From: an uncultured Candidatus Saccharibacteria bacterium
GTDB taxonomy: Bacteria > Patescibacteriota > Saccharimonadia > Saccharimonadales > UBA4665
NCBI GenBank assembly: GCA_964541145.1
Contig: CAZIOX010000006.1
Location: forward strand, 1,899 to 65,898
Direction of reading: 5' to 3'
DNA length: 64,000 nucleotides
Notes under the pieces: generated by a model
What the model saw: only the letters and a program-made list of their open reading frames with translations
Told to the model about the DNA's origin: nothing
Databases searched by the model: none
Shown here: in pieces, positions 27,780 to 36,233 of the stretch
Layout: each line of letters begins with the position of its first letter
Position numbering within the stretch: position 1 is the first letter of the stretch
Made by a program: the position numbers and the translations under genes

Positions 27780-27858
27780 ATCGGCGTGTCACTCGACACT
27801 ATAGATTTCTCCCGATGCACACTATTCACCATCACCACTCACAGTGGTCCAGTTGTTG

Positions 27859-28470
27859 TCAGCGGTACGCGACGGTGACCAAATCTGCAAAGTTTTGCAG
27901 TACAACTCTGGGTGAGTCTGGGGCTGGGCGAAACGTGGCTTGACGCAGGTCAGGCAGAACCGTGTATGCTACCTCTTCAGAACCTCCGCCCCGCGGCACT
28001 GTTGCGCGCAATGCACAAAGGGCGTCAAACAAATAGGCGGCGTTAGCGGTGACAATCTCCCCACTGTATTCGGCACAAATAACCTGCGTTTGTGGTGGTT
28101 GCCCAAGCCAAACTTGTGCGATCCGTCTCTGGATATCTGCTTTCCTGACATCTAGCGTCGGCAATTTCGGCATTCCGGGCACACGCATAACGGCTCCCAT
28201 AAAACCGTCCAGGCTACTTGCAACTCTTACGACCGTGCTGCCTAGCCCGTTGGGGTAACGAGCCAAATCTATCCCAACTGCGCGAAGCTCCTGATCCACT
28301 AGCTCCAGCATACTCGAGACCGAAAGCGACCCCGATGGTATGGTTTGCGTAACAACTGGAACATCTTTCAAGACCCTTCCAGCAAACATATCGATAGTCT
28401 CGAACGGGTCAAGGGTGGGTTTTTTGCGCATACTCTCTACGACTGCACTACATTCTGCACGAACAACCAT
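27859..28470 (-). CDS. Hypothetical protein, 203 aa
   Basis: Intact ORF directly downstream of rpsI on the same strand. No motif recognised. Confidence 0.5.
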   Translation of the reverse strand: MVVRAECSAVVESMRKKPTLDPFETIDMFAGRVLKDVPVVTQTIPSGSLSVSSMLELVDQELRAVGIDLARYPNGLGSTVVRVASSLDGFMGAVMRVPGMPKLPTLDVRKADIQRRIAQVWLGQPPQTQVICAEYSGEIVTANAAYLFDALCALRATVPRGGGSEEVAYTVLPDLRQATFRPAPDSPRVVLQNFADLVTVAYR

Positions 28471-28526
28471 GTGTAGTAAAAGAGCCTCTACGCAGAGGCT
28501 ATTTTACTATTCGGTTCAAGACCAGC

Positions 28527-28934
28527 TTAGCGTTTGGTGAACTGGCGTTGTTTGCGGGCGCCTTTGAGACCAAACTTCTTGCGTTCGCGTTCACGACTGT
28601 CGCGGCCAAGTAGCTCGGCGCGGCGAAGGGTTGCTTTGTAGTTTTCGTCTTTTTCGACGAGAGCTTTGGCAATCCCTAGTCGAATAGCGTCAGCCTGTCC
28701 AGCATGACCACCACCACTGACGACTACGGTGACATCGTAATCCTTCAGGGGAAGTTCAAGCACGCTAAACGGCTTCTGGATCTCTCCCACTAGCAGTTTG
28801 CTCTCGGCAAAATATTCGCCGACTGGCTTTTCATTTATCGTTATGTTGCCCTTGCCGTTCATAAGGCGTACTCGTGCAGTAGCGCTTTTACGACGGCCGA
28901 GAGCGTAGTAATAATGACCTTTTGCTTCAGCCAT
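28527..28934 (-). CDS. rpsI: 30S ribosomal protein S9
   Basis: MAEAKGHYYYALGRRK...GGGHAGQADAIRLGIAKAL...KQRQFTKR. Confidence 0.95.
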   Translation of the reverse strand: MAEAKGHYYYALGRRKSATARVRLMNGKGNITINEKPVGEYFAESKLLVGEIQKPFSVLELPLKDYDVTVVVSGGGHAGQADAIRLGIAKALVEKDENYKATLRRAELLGRDSRERERKKFGLKGARKQRQFTKR

Positions 28935-28936
28935 AG

Positions 28937-29377
28937 TTATTTCGCTCCTTTCAGGCTCAAAGTTTCTGGTTTCTGTGCGGCGTGATTGTGTTCGGCTCCA
29001 GCATAGATTTTCAAACGCGCCAGACGCCCATCACGCAGCTTGTTGACGGGTAGCATGCCGCGGACGGCTTTCATGATGACTTCAGTCGAATCGTTTGCCA
29101 TCAGGTCTTTCAGCTGACGCTCGCGGAGTCCACCTGGAAAACCACTGTGGTTGTAGTACATTTTTTTCTCTTCTTTACCGCCCGTCACTTGCAGATGATC
29201 GGCATTGATTACGACGACAAAGTCGCCACAGTCGATATGTGCAGTAAACATTGGCTTGCCTTTACCGGTGAGCAGTGTGGCGACATGGGTCGCTACACGA
29301 CCTAAGGTTGCCTCGGAGGCGTCAACGACGTACCACTTTCGGGTCACGTCACTGGGTTTTGCGGAATAGGTTTTCAT
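28937..29377 (-). CDS. rplM: 50S ribosomal protein L13
   Basis: MKTYSAKPSDVTRKWYVVDASEATLGRVAT. Confidence 0.95.
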   Translation of the reverse strand: MKTYSAKPSDVTRKWYVVDASEATLGRVATHVATLLTGKGKPMFTAHIDCGDFVVVINADHLQVTGGKEEKKMYYNHSGFPGGLRERQLKDLMANDSTEVIMKAVRGMLPVNKLRDGRLARLKIYAGAEHNHAAQKPETLSLKGAK

Positions 29378-29922
29378 TAGCGTTCACCACTCTTTCTAAC
29401 CTGAACCGCTGGCTTGTGGCTCAAGTGTTTATCGGCTGCCTTAACCGTGCGGCTTGCACCGGGAGTAGCCTTTTTAACTGGGGTGGATTTTACTTCGTCT
29501 TGTTTATGGTGCTGTTTAGCTGGCGCTTTCGTAGCGACCTCTTTCGCCACCGGAGCACTCTGAATGTCATCGACAAAGCTCACGCGTGCCATTTCAGCAT
29601 TGTCGCCGCGACGGTTATCTTCACGAGTAATCCGTAAATGCCCGCTCGTGCGGCCACCGAGTTTGGGCGTAATCTCATCGACTAGTCGATGAGCCGTGCT
29701 AACCGTCTGGAGCGACGCCAAAATCTGCCGACGATTGTGTAGGTCGCCTTTTTTGGCCTTGGTAATCAGTCGCTCCACATATGGTACAACAGCTTTTGCT
29801 TTCGGCAGGGTTGTAACAATTGAACCGTGAATAATGAGCGCTTCTGCAAGACTCTCGATGAGAGCTTCGCGCTGGTCACGCTCGCGGTGAAACTTCGTTC
29901 CTTTATATCCGTGTCTGTGCAT
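29377..29922 (-). CDS. rplQ: 50S ribosomal protein L17 with C-terminal extension
   Basis: MHRHGYKGTKFHRERDQREAL. Its stop overlaps the rplM start as TAATG. Confidence 0.9.
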   Translation of the reverse strand: MHRHGYKGTKFHRERDQREALIESLAEALIIHGSIVTTLPKAKAVVPYVERLITKAKKGDLHNRRQILASLQTVSTAHRLVDEITPKLGGRTSGHLRITREDNRRGDNAEMARVSFVDDIQSAPVAKEVATKAPAKQHHKQDEVKSTPVKKATPGASRTVKAADKHLSHKPAVQVRKSGER

Positions 29923-30861
29923 TTAAAGCTCCAATTCCGCCAGCTTATCTTTGACTTCGTCGAGTGCTTTGCTGCCAAAACCCTTGAGATCACGGAGTTC
30001 AGTGTCGCTCAAGGCAAACAAATCCTGGATGGTATGGATGTCGTTGTTTACCAGCGCGTTGGTCGTACGTGCTGTCAAGTTTAGGTCTTCGATAGAAGTG
30101 TTCAGCATAGAAGCGTCGTCTCCCATGAGGTCTATCTTTTCGGTGGCAGCTACAGCGGCCTCCTGGACAGGTAGCCGGGTTTTGCCAGCGAGAGCAGCAT
30201 ATTGATTGACAAGAATTGCGGCTGCTTCTTCGAAGGCATCACGTGGGGTGATCGTCTGGTCAGTGTCGACCGTAATACTGAGTTTGTCGAGGTCAGTGAC
30301 CTGTCCAACACGGGTCTTTTCTACCTTGTAGCGGACTCGTAGGACTGGGCTAAAGATTGCGTCAATCGCCACAAAATCACTTTGCTTTTTAGCGGTACTT
30401 TCTTCGATAGTTCGATAGCCGCGGCCGGTTTCGACGACGAGATCAATGGTTAGGCCAGCTTTATCATCGTCGATAGTGGCGATACTTTGCTCGGTGTTGA
30501 CGACTTCAATATCAGCATTACCCTGAATGTCTTTACCGGTAACCGCGCCTTTGCCTTTTTTGACAATTCGGATGGTTTGCGCGTCTTCACCATACACACG
30601 GAAGCGAAGCTGTTTGAGGTTGAGCATAATAGCCACCACATCTTCTTTGACGCCTTTGACGGTTGTAAATTCGTGCGTCACGCCATCAATTTTGAAGCTC
30701 GTGACAGCCGCCCCACTTATACTCGAAAGCAGTACGCGGCGCAAGCTGTTGCCAAGAGTCATGCCATAACCGCCCTGAATAGGCTCAATGACAAAGGTAC
30801 TGCTGGTAGCGCTATGGTCGTCTACGGCAACTAGTCCTGGTGTGTGAATCATTTTTGACAT
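29923..30861 (-). CDS. rpoA: DNA-directed RNA polymerase alpha subunit
   Basis: 312 aa. N-domain LGNSLRRVLLSSI and C-terminal-domain LNLTARTTNALVNNDIHTIQDL. Confidence 0.95.
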   Translation of the reverse strand: MSKMIHTPGLVAVDDHSATSSTFVIEPIQGGYGMTLGNSLRRVLLSSISGAAVTSFKIDGVTHEFTTVKGVKEDVVAIMLNLKQLRFRVYGEDAQTIRIVKKGKGAVTGKDIQGNADIEVVNTEQSIATIDDDKAGLTIDLVVETGRGYRTIEESTAKKQSDFVAIDAIFSPVLRVRYKVEKTRVGQVTDLDKLSITVDTDQTITPRDAFEEAAAILVNQYAALAGKTRLPVQEAAVAATEKIDLMGDDASMLNTSIEDLNLTARTTNALVNNDIHTIQDLFALSDTELRDLKGFGSKALDEVKDKLAELEL

Positions 30862-30881
30862 AGTTTCTTAGTGTCCTCCCT

Positions 30882-31499
30882 TTAGCGTGAGTAGTACTCG
30901 ACGATTAGTTGTTCATGTATCTCGGGTTCAGCGTCTTCGCGCACTGGCAAGCCCGTGACGGTAAACTGTACTTTTTTACGATCAATAGTTTGCCAACCAA
31001 CATTGGTGGTCGGAGCGGGGCTCACTTCGTCAAGCTTCTTGAAATATTCGTTAGCTTTACTGTGTTCGCGCAGCTCAATTTTATCGCCCAGCTTGAGACG
31101 AATAGAGGGTATGTCTACTCGGCGGCCATTGAGCATAAAATGTCCGTGGGTAACCAGCTGTCGTGCAGCCCGACGACTGGGAGCGAACCCAGCACGGTAT
31201 ACAGCGTTATCCAGCCTTCTCTCGAGAAAAACGAGTAGAATTGCACCTGACTGGCCTGGCATGCGATCGGCTTCGGCCATGAGGTTACTAAACTGTTTTT
31301 CGAGTAAGCCATACAGGCGCTTGACCTTCTGCTTTTCTCGCAGCTGCAAGGCATACTGGCTGGGCTTGTTGCGCATACGAGCGTTGGCGGCCTGGCCTGG
31401 CATGCTTGTCCGCTTCGCAAGTGCTTTGTGTGCTTTCGGGTGCAGTGCATAGCCTTCGCGCCGCGACATTTTGACGATAGAATGTGTATCCCGTGCCAT
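30882..31499 (-). CDS. rpsD: 30S ribosomal protein S4
   Basis: I moved the start to ATG 31499 (MARDTHSIVKMSRREG), which overlaps the rpsK stop as TAATG. The 287-aa ORF-track version runs through rpsK. Confidence 0.9.
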   Translation of the reverse strand: MARDTHSIVKMSRREGYALHPKAHKALAKRTSMPGQAANARMRNKPSQYALQLREKQKVKRLYGLLEKQFSNLMAEADRMPGQSGAILLVFLERRLDNAVYRAGFAPSRRAARQLVTHGHFMLNGRRVDIPSIRLKLGDKIELREHSKANEYFKKLDEVSPAPTTNVGWQTIDRKKVQFTVTGLPVREDAEPEIHEQLIVEYYSR

Positions 31500-31900
31500 T
31501 AGACCCTCCGTGCTTTCTTCGGTCGGACACCACCATGTGGCACGCCCGTAACGTCTAAAATACTGTCGACCTGAATACCAACGGTTTGCATAGCACGTAT
31601 GGCTGCATCGCGGCCAAGTCCAACGCCCTTTACAAAAACATTCACTCGGGCAAGACCATAGGCTTGTTTTGCAAGGTTGCCTGCCTTCTCGGCAGCGACT
31701 TGTGCGGCGTAGGCTGTGCCTTTTTTGGAACCACGGAAGCCACACGCTCCTGCGCTTGAAGCCGCCAGGGCTCCGCCGTGAGCATCGGTCAGAGTAACAA
31801 TCGTATTGTTGAACGTAGCTTGAATATGAAGCTGGCCAGCAGAGACACTGCGCTTTGCTTTTTTCTTCTTTGCTACTGGAGTAGTTGTTGCGTCTGCCAT
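31499..31900 (-). CDS. rpsK: 30S ribosomal protein S11
   Basis: IQATFNNTIVTLTDAHGGALAASSAG...GVPHGGVRPKKARRV. Confidence 0.95.
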   Translation of the reverse strand: MADATTTPVAKKKKAKRSVSAGQLHIQATFNNTIVTLTDAHGGALAASSAGACGFRGSKKGTAYAAQVAAEKAGNLAKQAYGLARVNVFVKGVGLGRDAAIRAMQTVGIQVDSILDVTGVPHGGVRPKKARRV

Positions 31901-31901
31901 A

Positions 31902-32288
31902 TTAGGTCTTTGAAGCTACTTTCTTAGCGGTACCACCGACAGTTATCTTGCGTCCTCGCCGAGTTCGCGCATTGGTTTTAGTGCGCTGGCCACGTGATGG
32001 CAGGTTGTTTTTATGACGTATGCCTCGGTAGCTACCGATGTCTTTCAGCCGCTTAATATTGCCACTGATAATCCGCTGGAGCTCACCTTCTACGGTGTAC
32101 TGTTCGTTGATATAGTCTTGAATGCGGCCTATTTCAGCGTCGGTCAAATCCTTGGTGCGAACGGTTCTCTCGACCTTGGCGGCTTCGAGTATGGTATCTG
32201 CGGTCTTTGGCCCAATGCCATACACATACGTCAAAGCAACCCAGATTTGCTTCTCAGCTGGAATAGTAACGCCTGATATACGCGCCAT
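31902..32288 (-). CDS. rpsM: 30S ribosomal protein S13
   Basis: MARISGVTIPAEKQIWVALTYVYGIG. Confidence 0.95.
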   Translation of the reverse strand: MARISGVTIPAEKQIWVALTYVYGIGPKTADTILEAAKVERTVRTKDLTDAEIGRIQDYINEQYTVEGELQRIISGNIKRLKDIGSYRGIRHKNNLPSRGQRTKTNARTRRGRKITVGGTAKKVASKT

Positions 32289-32290
32289 AC

Positions 32291-32407
32291 TTACCCCTGC
32301 CTCTGCTTATGCTTAGGTTTAAATTTGTTGATAACATACAGACGCCCCTTGCGACGAACTATCTTGTCGTCGGGGCTGATTTTCTTGACACTGGCACGTA
32401 CTTTCAT
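32291..32407 (-). CDS. rpmJ: 50S ribosomal protein L36, Cys-less form (38 aa; below the ORF-track length cutoff)
   Basis: My hand translation is [38 protein letters not shown] followed by a stop. GGTGGAG lies 5 nt upstream of the ATG. Confidence 0.9.
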   Translation of the reverse strand: MKVRASVKKISPDDKIVRRKGRLYVINKFKPKHKQRQG

Positions 32408-32655
32408 TGCACTCCACCTTGGACTGCAAACGAGTTCCGTTCACTTGTTAGTTGGTATTTCATAGCTTTGGCACGTATATGACATTTGTTGCGACTGCAA
32501 CGAGTGGTCATCGTACGGATCGTACTCCCTTTCTTGGTGTTACGACACACTGCTTAATAGTTAATAATCGTGGTAGAACTTCAAGAGGATTGATCCGTAC
32601 TTCGGCTACTACGCTGTTCGTATAGCCCGTCCGGATGAACCAATCCCAAAGAAGT

Positions 32656-32877
32656 TCAACCTTTGCGGTACGTGATCCGTCCTTTGGACAGATCGTAGGG
32701 CGTGAGCTCTACCGTCACCGCGTCGCCCGGTACAATACGGATAAAGTGTTTCCGCATTTTACCAGCAACATGAGCTATAATCTGATGGCCGTTTTCAAGC
32801 TCGACTCGAAACTGAGTACCCGGGAGGGTCTCGACGATAACGCCGCTTAGCTCGATGACTTCTTTATTACCTGCCAT
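32656..32877 (-). CDS. infA: Translation initiation factor IF-1
   Basis: [43 protein letters not shown]. Confidence 0.95.
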   Translation of the reverse strand: MAGNKEVIELSGVIVETLPGTQFRVELENGHQIIAHVAGKMRKHFIRIVPGDAVTVELTPYDLSKGRITYRKG

Positions 32878-32895
32878 AAATTATAACTTCAAGCC

Positions 32896-32925
32896 ATTAT
32901 AGCAGTTTTTACTACGAGCTGTAAA
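32896..32925 (-). promoter_or_regulatory. Internal promoter candidate for infA
   Basis: On the minus strand the sequence reads TTTACA, 18 nt, TATAAT, with the -10 element ending 18 nt before the ATG. No SD lies in between. Confidence 0.4.
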
Positions 32926-32938
32926 GAGTAAAATGGGG

Positions 32939-34453
32939 TTACTTTTGCTTCCGAGTGGATTTTTTTCGGTGCGGAAGGAACTTGAGCCGCTTTCCTGTCA
33001 CTGCACCCGACTCGCCGCCACCGGCACTGTCGTAGAAAAAGTCGTCTCTACTGTACTGATCATAAGTTATCATGAGGGCACGCGACTCGACGGCACGCAG
33101 TGTTTCGAGCGAGACAGCGACCAAGATCAATATGCTCGTACCCCCGAGACCCACGGCGATATTTGATGGTACAAAGAGCTGCGCCACGATGGGCAACAAC
33201 GCCAGGAGCCCCAGACTAATAGCGCCAAATAAGGTGATCTTGTTGACTGTTTTAGCAAGGTACCGCTCGGTCTGAGAGCCAGAGCGGACTCCTTCCAGGA
33301 AGCCGCCTTGCTTCTGAAGATTTTCGGCGATTTCTTTACTGTTAAACGTAATACTTGTATAGAAAAAGGTGAAAAGAAATACCAGCATAAAGTATGTGAC
33401 AGGATAGATGTAGGCGTGCCAGTCAGCGCTGGCAAATGTCTGAGCAGTCGGACTCTGGAACCAGGTTACCAGGTTTTGCCCTAATTGCTGCCACTGCGCG
33501 TTACTGTGCCCTGTCAAAAGCTGGCCGACGAAGCTCGGTACACTCAGAAAAGCCAGGGCAAAAATGACTGGCACCACCCCAGCAGTAATGAGTTTTACGG
33601 GAAGGGTCGTCGTGACTCCTCCGTAGGCTCGATTACCCTGGACGCGCTTGGCGTAGTTTATAGTAAGCCGACGAGAAGCTTCGTTTAGCATGACGACGAC
33701 CCAGGTTATCAAAATAACTGCCATCAGTATTGCGAGGGCATACCAGAACGACTTTTCATTGATAGGCAGCTCTCGACCAAAAATTTGCCATTTGTTCTGT
33801 TTGTCGTATATGCTTGAGGCGATCTGACTGATGGTGGCTGGTAGCGCGCTTACTATACCTACTGTAATAAGTAGTGAGATACCGTTGCCAACCGATTTTT
33901 CTGTGACAAGCTCACCCATCCACATGAGCAGCATCGAACCACCGGTTAGTGCGGCGACCATCAGGATCCATTGTGAGAGTGATGTGTTGGCAGTAATGTC
34001 GCCAATCCCGCCGACACTTTGAGCGTACTGGCGAACGAGATAAATAGACCCCACTGCCTGGACTATCGCCAGTGGTAAGGTAAGTAACCGAGTATATTGA
34101 TTGATCTTTTTTTGACCAGATTCGCCGTCTTTACGCATGTTTTCGAGTTTCGGAAGTGCTTTAGTGAGCAGCTGCATGATAATACTGGCGTTAATGTATG
34201 GCCCAAGCCCAGCAATCATTATGGAGAAGTTTGCCAGTGCGCCACCACTCAGAACGTTGATGAAGCTCAAAAACTGAGGAGTGTTTTGTGAAGAAAAAAG
34301 ATTTGTCAGCACTTGCTTGAGCGTCTCTGGATCGGCCAGAGGCACGGGTATGTGCGCCAAAATTCGAAATATGAGCAGTATACCCAACACCCCAAAAATA
34401 CGTTTACGCATATCGCCTTGTTTAAACGATGCGCCAATAACCTTCCAGTTCAC
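32939..34453 (-). CDS. secY: Preprotein translocase SecY with ~50-aa C-terminal extension
   Basis: GTG start with a GAGGGG SD. 504 aa and 10 TM helices. The tail reads DQYSRDDFFYDSAGGGESGAVTGKRLKFLPHRKKSTRKQK. Confidence 0.95.
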   Translation of the reverse strand: MNWKVIGASFKQGDMRKRIFGVLGILLIFRILAHIPVPLADPETLKQVLTNLFSSQNTPQFLSFINVLSGGALANFSIMIAGLGPYINASIIMQLLTKALPKLENMRKDGESGQKKINQYTRLLTLPLAIVQAVGSIYLVRQYAQSVGGIGDITANTSLSQWILMVAALTGGSMLLMWMGELVTEKSVGNGISLLITVGIVSALPATISQIASSIYDKQNKWQIFGRELPINEKSFWYALAILMAVILITWVVVMLNEASRRLTINYAKRVQGNRAYGGVTTTLPVKLITAGVVPVIFALAFLSVPSFVGQLLTGHSNAQWQQLGQNLVTWFQSPTAQTFASADWHAYIYPVTYFMLVFLFTFFYTSITFNSKEIAENLQKQGGFLEGVRSGSQTERYLAKTVNKITLFGAISLGLLALLPIVAQLFVPSNIAVGLGGTSILILVAVSLETLRAVESRALMITYDQYSRDDFFYDSAGGGESGAVTGKRLKFLPHRKKSTRKQK

Positions 34454-34494
34454 ACGTAACCCCTCGTTGTTATTTGATAGTGTATCTTTCTGTT

Positions 34495-34523
34495 AGTATA
34501 CACGCTTCGTTTCGGTCTGCAAA
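34495..34523 (-). promoter_or_regulatory. Promoter candidate for secY
   Basis: On the minus strand the sequence reads TTTGCA, 17 nt, TATACT, in the 111-nt gap after the transporter gene. Confidence 0.4.
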
Positions 34524-34564
34524 ACCCACACCTCTGGCAAATGTTCGCTATGTGCGACATGGTT

Positions 34565-35485
34565 TTAGTGCGAGCGCATCACATGGTGATGTTTATGATG
34601 AGACGAATCTTTGTACTGCACGATAAATACGCCCAGCAATATGCAGGTACCGCCGGCCACCATCGCCACCGACATTGTTTCGTGGAGAAATAGTATTGGC
34701 AGCAGTACAGCAACGAGTCCCTCCAAATACACCAGTGCGCTGATTGTGGCCGAACCGATTCGCTCATATGACCAGACAGTCAAAATACGCGAGACGAGTG
34801 AAACGGCCGCAAAACTATATGCAATCGCAAGCAGCCCGCTTGTAGTGATACGTGGCGCTTCCATGTGGCCTATCGACAGCCATAACACGCCGCTCACTGC
34901 CGCAACCACACCGCTCATTGCACCCGTCAGTGCGATGAGCGATACACCATGTACTTGGTTTGCTCTGCTCATCGCAATCGAAACCATGGGGTAACTCAAG
35001 GCATTTATGACACCGCACAGTGTTGCGAAGGGGTAAAACACAAAGGTTCCTTTGTGTTGCAGGGCAAAAGGCAGAAGCGCGACCATCGTTGCTCCGGCTG
35101 CAGCCAGTGTAATCCCTGCAATCGCCCGTCGAGAGACACGCTCGCCATTGAGTTTTACTGAGTACCACACTAACACCACGGGCGAAAGCAGCTGCAAAAT
35201 ACTGACATAACTCGCCTGACTATGCTGTAGCCCTAAAATAAACGCTAAAGATGCAATCGTCATCGCCGCACCAGCTGCCGCTGTCGGGGACAATGCTCGG
35301 CCAAACATAGCCGCGCGTTCACGCCATATCCAAGGCAAACACACTACTGCGACAGCCCCAAATCGTAGTGCATTAAGCAAAAACGGATGCCAGTCTGCAA
35401 CCGCATACCGCATAAACATTGCGTTGGGTGCAGCCAGCAAAACCCCAACCAGCGCAATGATAAACCATGTTTGTTTTGTTTTCAT
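34565..35485 (-). CDS. EamA/DMT-family transporter (10 TM) inserted between rplO and secY
   Basis: I moved the start to ATG 35485 (MKTKQTWFIIALVGVLLAAP). The protein shows two repeats of five hydrophobic helices and ends in a His-rich tail (KDSSHHKHHHVMRSH). Confidence 0.75.
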   Translation of the reverse strand: MKTKQTWFIIALVGVLLAAPNAMFMRYAVADWHPFLLNALRFGAVAVVCLPWIWRERAAMFGRALSPTAAAGAAMTIASLAFILGLQHSQASYVSILQLLSPVVLVWYSVKLNGERVSRRAIAGITLAAAGATMVALLPFALQHKGTFVFYPFATLCGVINALSYPMVSIAMSRANQVHGVSLIALTGAMSGVVAAVSGVLWLSIGHMEAPRITTSGLLAIAYSFAAVSLVSRILTVWSYERIGSATISALVYLEGLVAVLLPILFLHETMSVAMVAGGTCILLGVFIVQYKDSSHHKHHHVMRSH

Positions 35486-35550
35486 GCTATGTCCAGTATA
35501 GCACCACGCAACTCCAAACTCGATATGATGGCGAACACGGTAGAGACAGA

Positions 35551-35603
35551 ACACGCCCAGTGTGATGTACGAGGTCTAACCTCGTACATCACACTGGGCG
35601 TGT
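35551..35603. other. Perfect 24-bp hairpin (5-nt loop) upstream of the transporter gene
   Basis: acacgcccagtgtgatgtacgagg, tctaa, cctcgtacatcacactgggcgtgt. Confidence 0.9.
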
Positions 35604-35630
35604 GTAGGAGTGGGGTGATTAAATATAAAA

Positions 35631-35655
35631 AACAGCGCCTGTGACAGGCGCTGTT
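35631..35655 (-). terminator. Intrinsic terminator after rplO
   Basis: aacagcgcctg, tga, caggcgctgtt form an 11-bp stem. The minus strand continues TTTTATATTT. Confidence 0.7.
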
Positions 35656-35673
35656 TGAGGACGCAATATCGTC

Positions 35674-36141
35674 TTAGTTTTCGGTCTTTGCGATTTTTTG
35701 ACGCATAGGGCGTGGAACAATCGTGACACTTCCACCAGCCTTTTGGACAGCTTCGATCGCGTTGACACTTGCCCCCTGTAGCTGAACAGCAACGTTTTTT
35801 GTAACATCACCCCTGAAGAGCAGTTTAACGCGTGTAAATTCGCTCGTTACCAAACCTGCTTGTGCAAGCGTAGCGTTTGTTACCGTATCGGTGAAGGCAT
35901 TAAGCTGTTCGGTATACACATTTTCTGCCTTTGGCTTCAGACTACGAAACCCCCGGAGTTTTGGCAATCGCTGCATGAGTGGGTTCTGACCCCCTTCAAA
36001 CCCTGGCTTTTTGCTTGAACCAGTTCGCGCACCCTGACCTTTGGTACCGCGTCCGGCAGTTTTCCCCTGTCCAGCAGCAATACCACGACCAACGCGTCTC
36101 GCAGACTTTTTTGGTGCAGAAATCAGTTCATGGTATTTCAT
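35674..36141 (-). CDS. rplO: 50S ribosomal protein L15
   Basis: MKYHELISAPKKSARRVGRGIAAGQGKTAGRGTKGQ. Confidence 0.95.
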   Translation of the reverse strand: MKYHELISAPKKSARRVGRGIAAGQGKTAGRGTKGQGARTGSSKKPGFEGGQNPLMQRLPKLRGFRSLKPKAENVYTEQLNAFTDTVTNATLAQAGLVTSEFTRVKLLFRGDVTKNVAVQLQGASVNAIEAVQKAGGSVTIVPRPMRQKIAKTEN

Positions 36142-36233
36142 TTCTTTACTCCTCGTCCAATTTTTGTTGCGATTTTATCGCTGAAAGCAACAATCATACC
36201 TACAGCTTCTGAGTCAGATGTATGCTGTGTCAT
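36138..36233 (-). CDS. Bridging micro-ORF (31 aa) in the slot where rpmD (L30) normally sits
   Basis: My hand translation is MTQHTSDSEAVGMIVAFSDKIATKIGRGVKK followed by a stop. Its ATG overlaps the rpsE stop (ATGA) and its TGA overlaps the rplO ATG (ATGA). Confidence 0.35.
   Translation of the reverse strand: MTQHTSDSEAVGMIVAFSDKIATKIGRGVKK

Noticed and set aside
27236-27860. T-box riboswitch upstream of trpS
   Set aside because: I found no AANNNGGGUGGUACCGCG-like T-box sequence on the minus strand. There is also no terminator/antiterminator pair with a U-tract and no convincing specifier-loop context.
31500-31745. Long N-terminal extensions of S4 (to 31745), L16 (to 41518), S14 (to 39024), L2 (to 43563), L23 (to 44125), RluD (to 25885) and the DMT transporter (to 35554)
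   Set aside because: The extensions run through upstream genes or spacers in another gene's territory. In each case a canonical r-protein N-terminus starts at an internal ATG placed at or next to the upstream stop.
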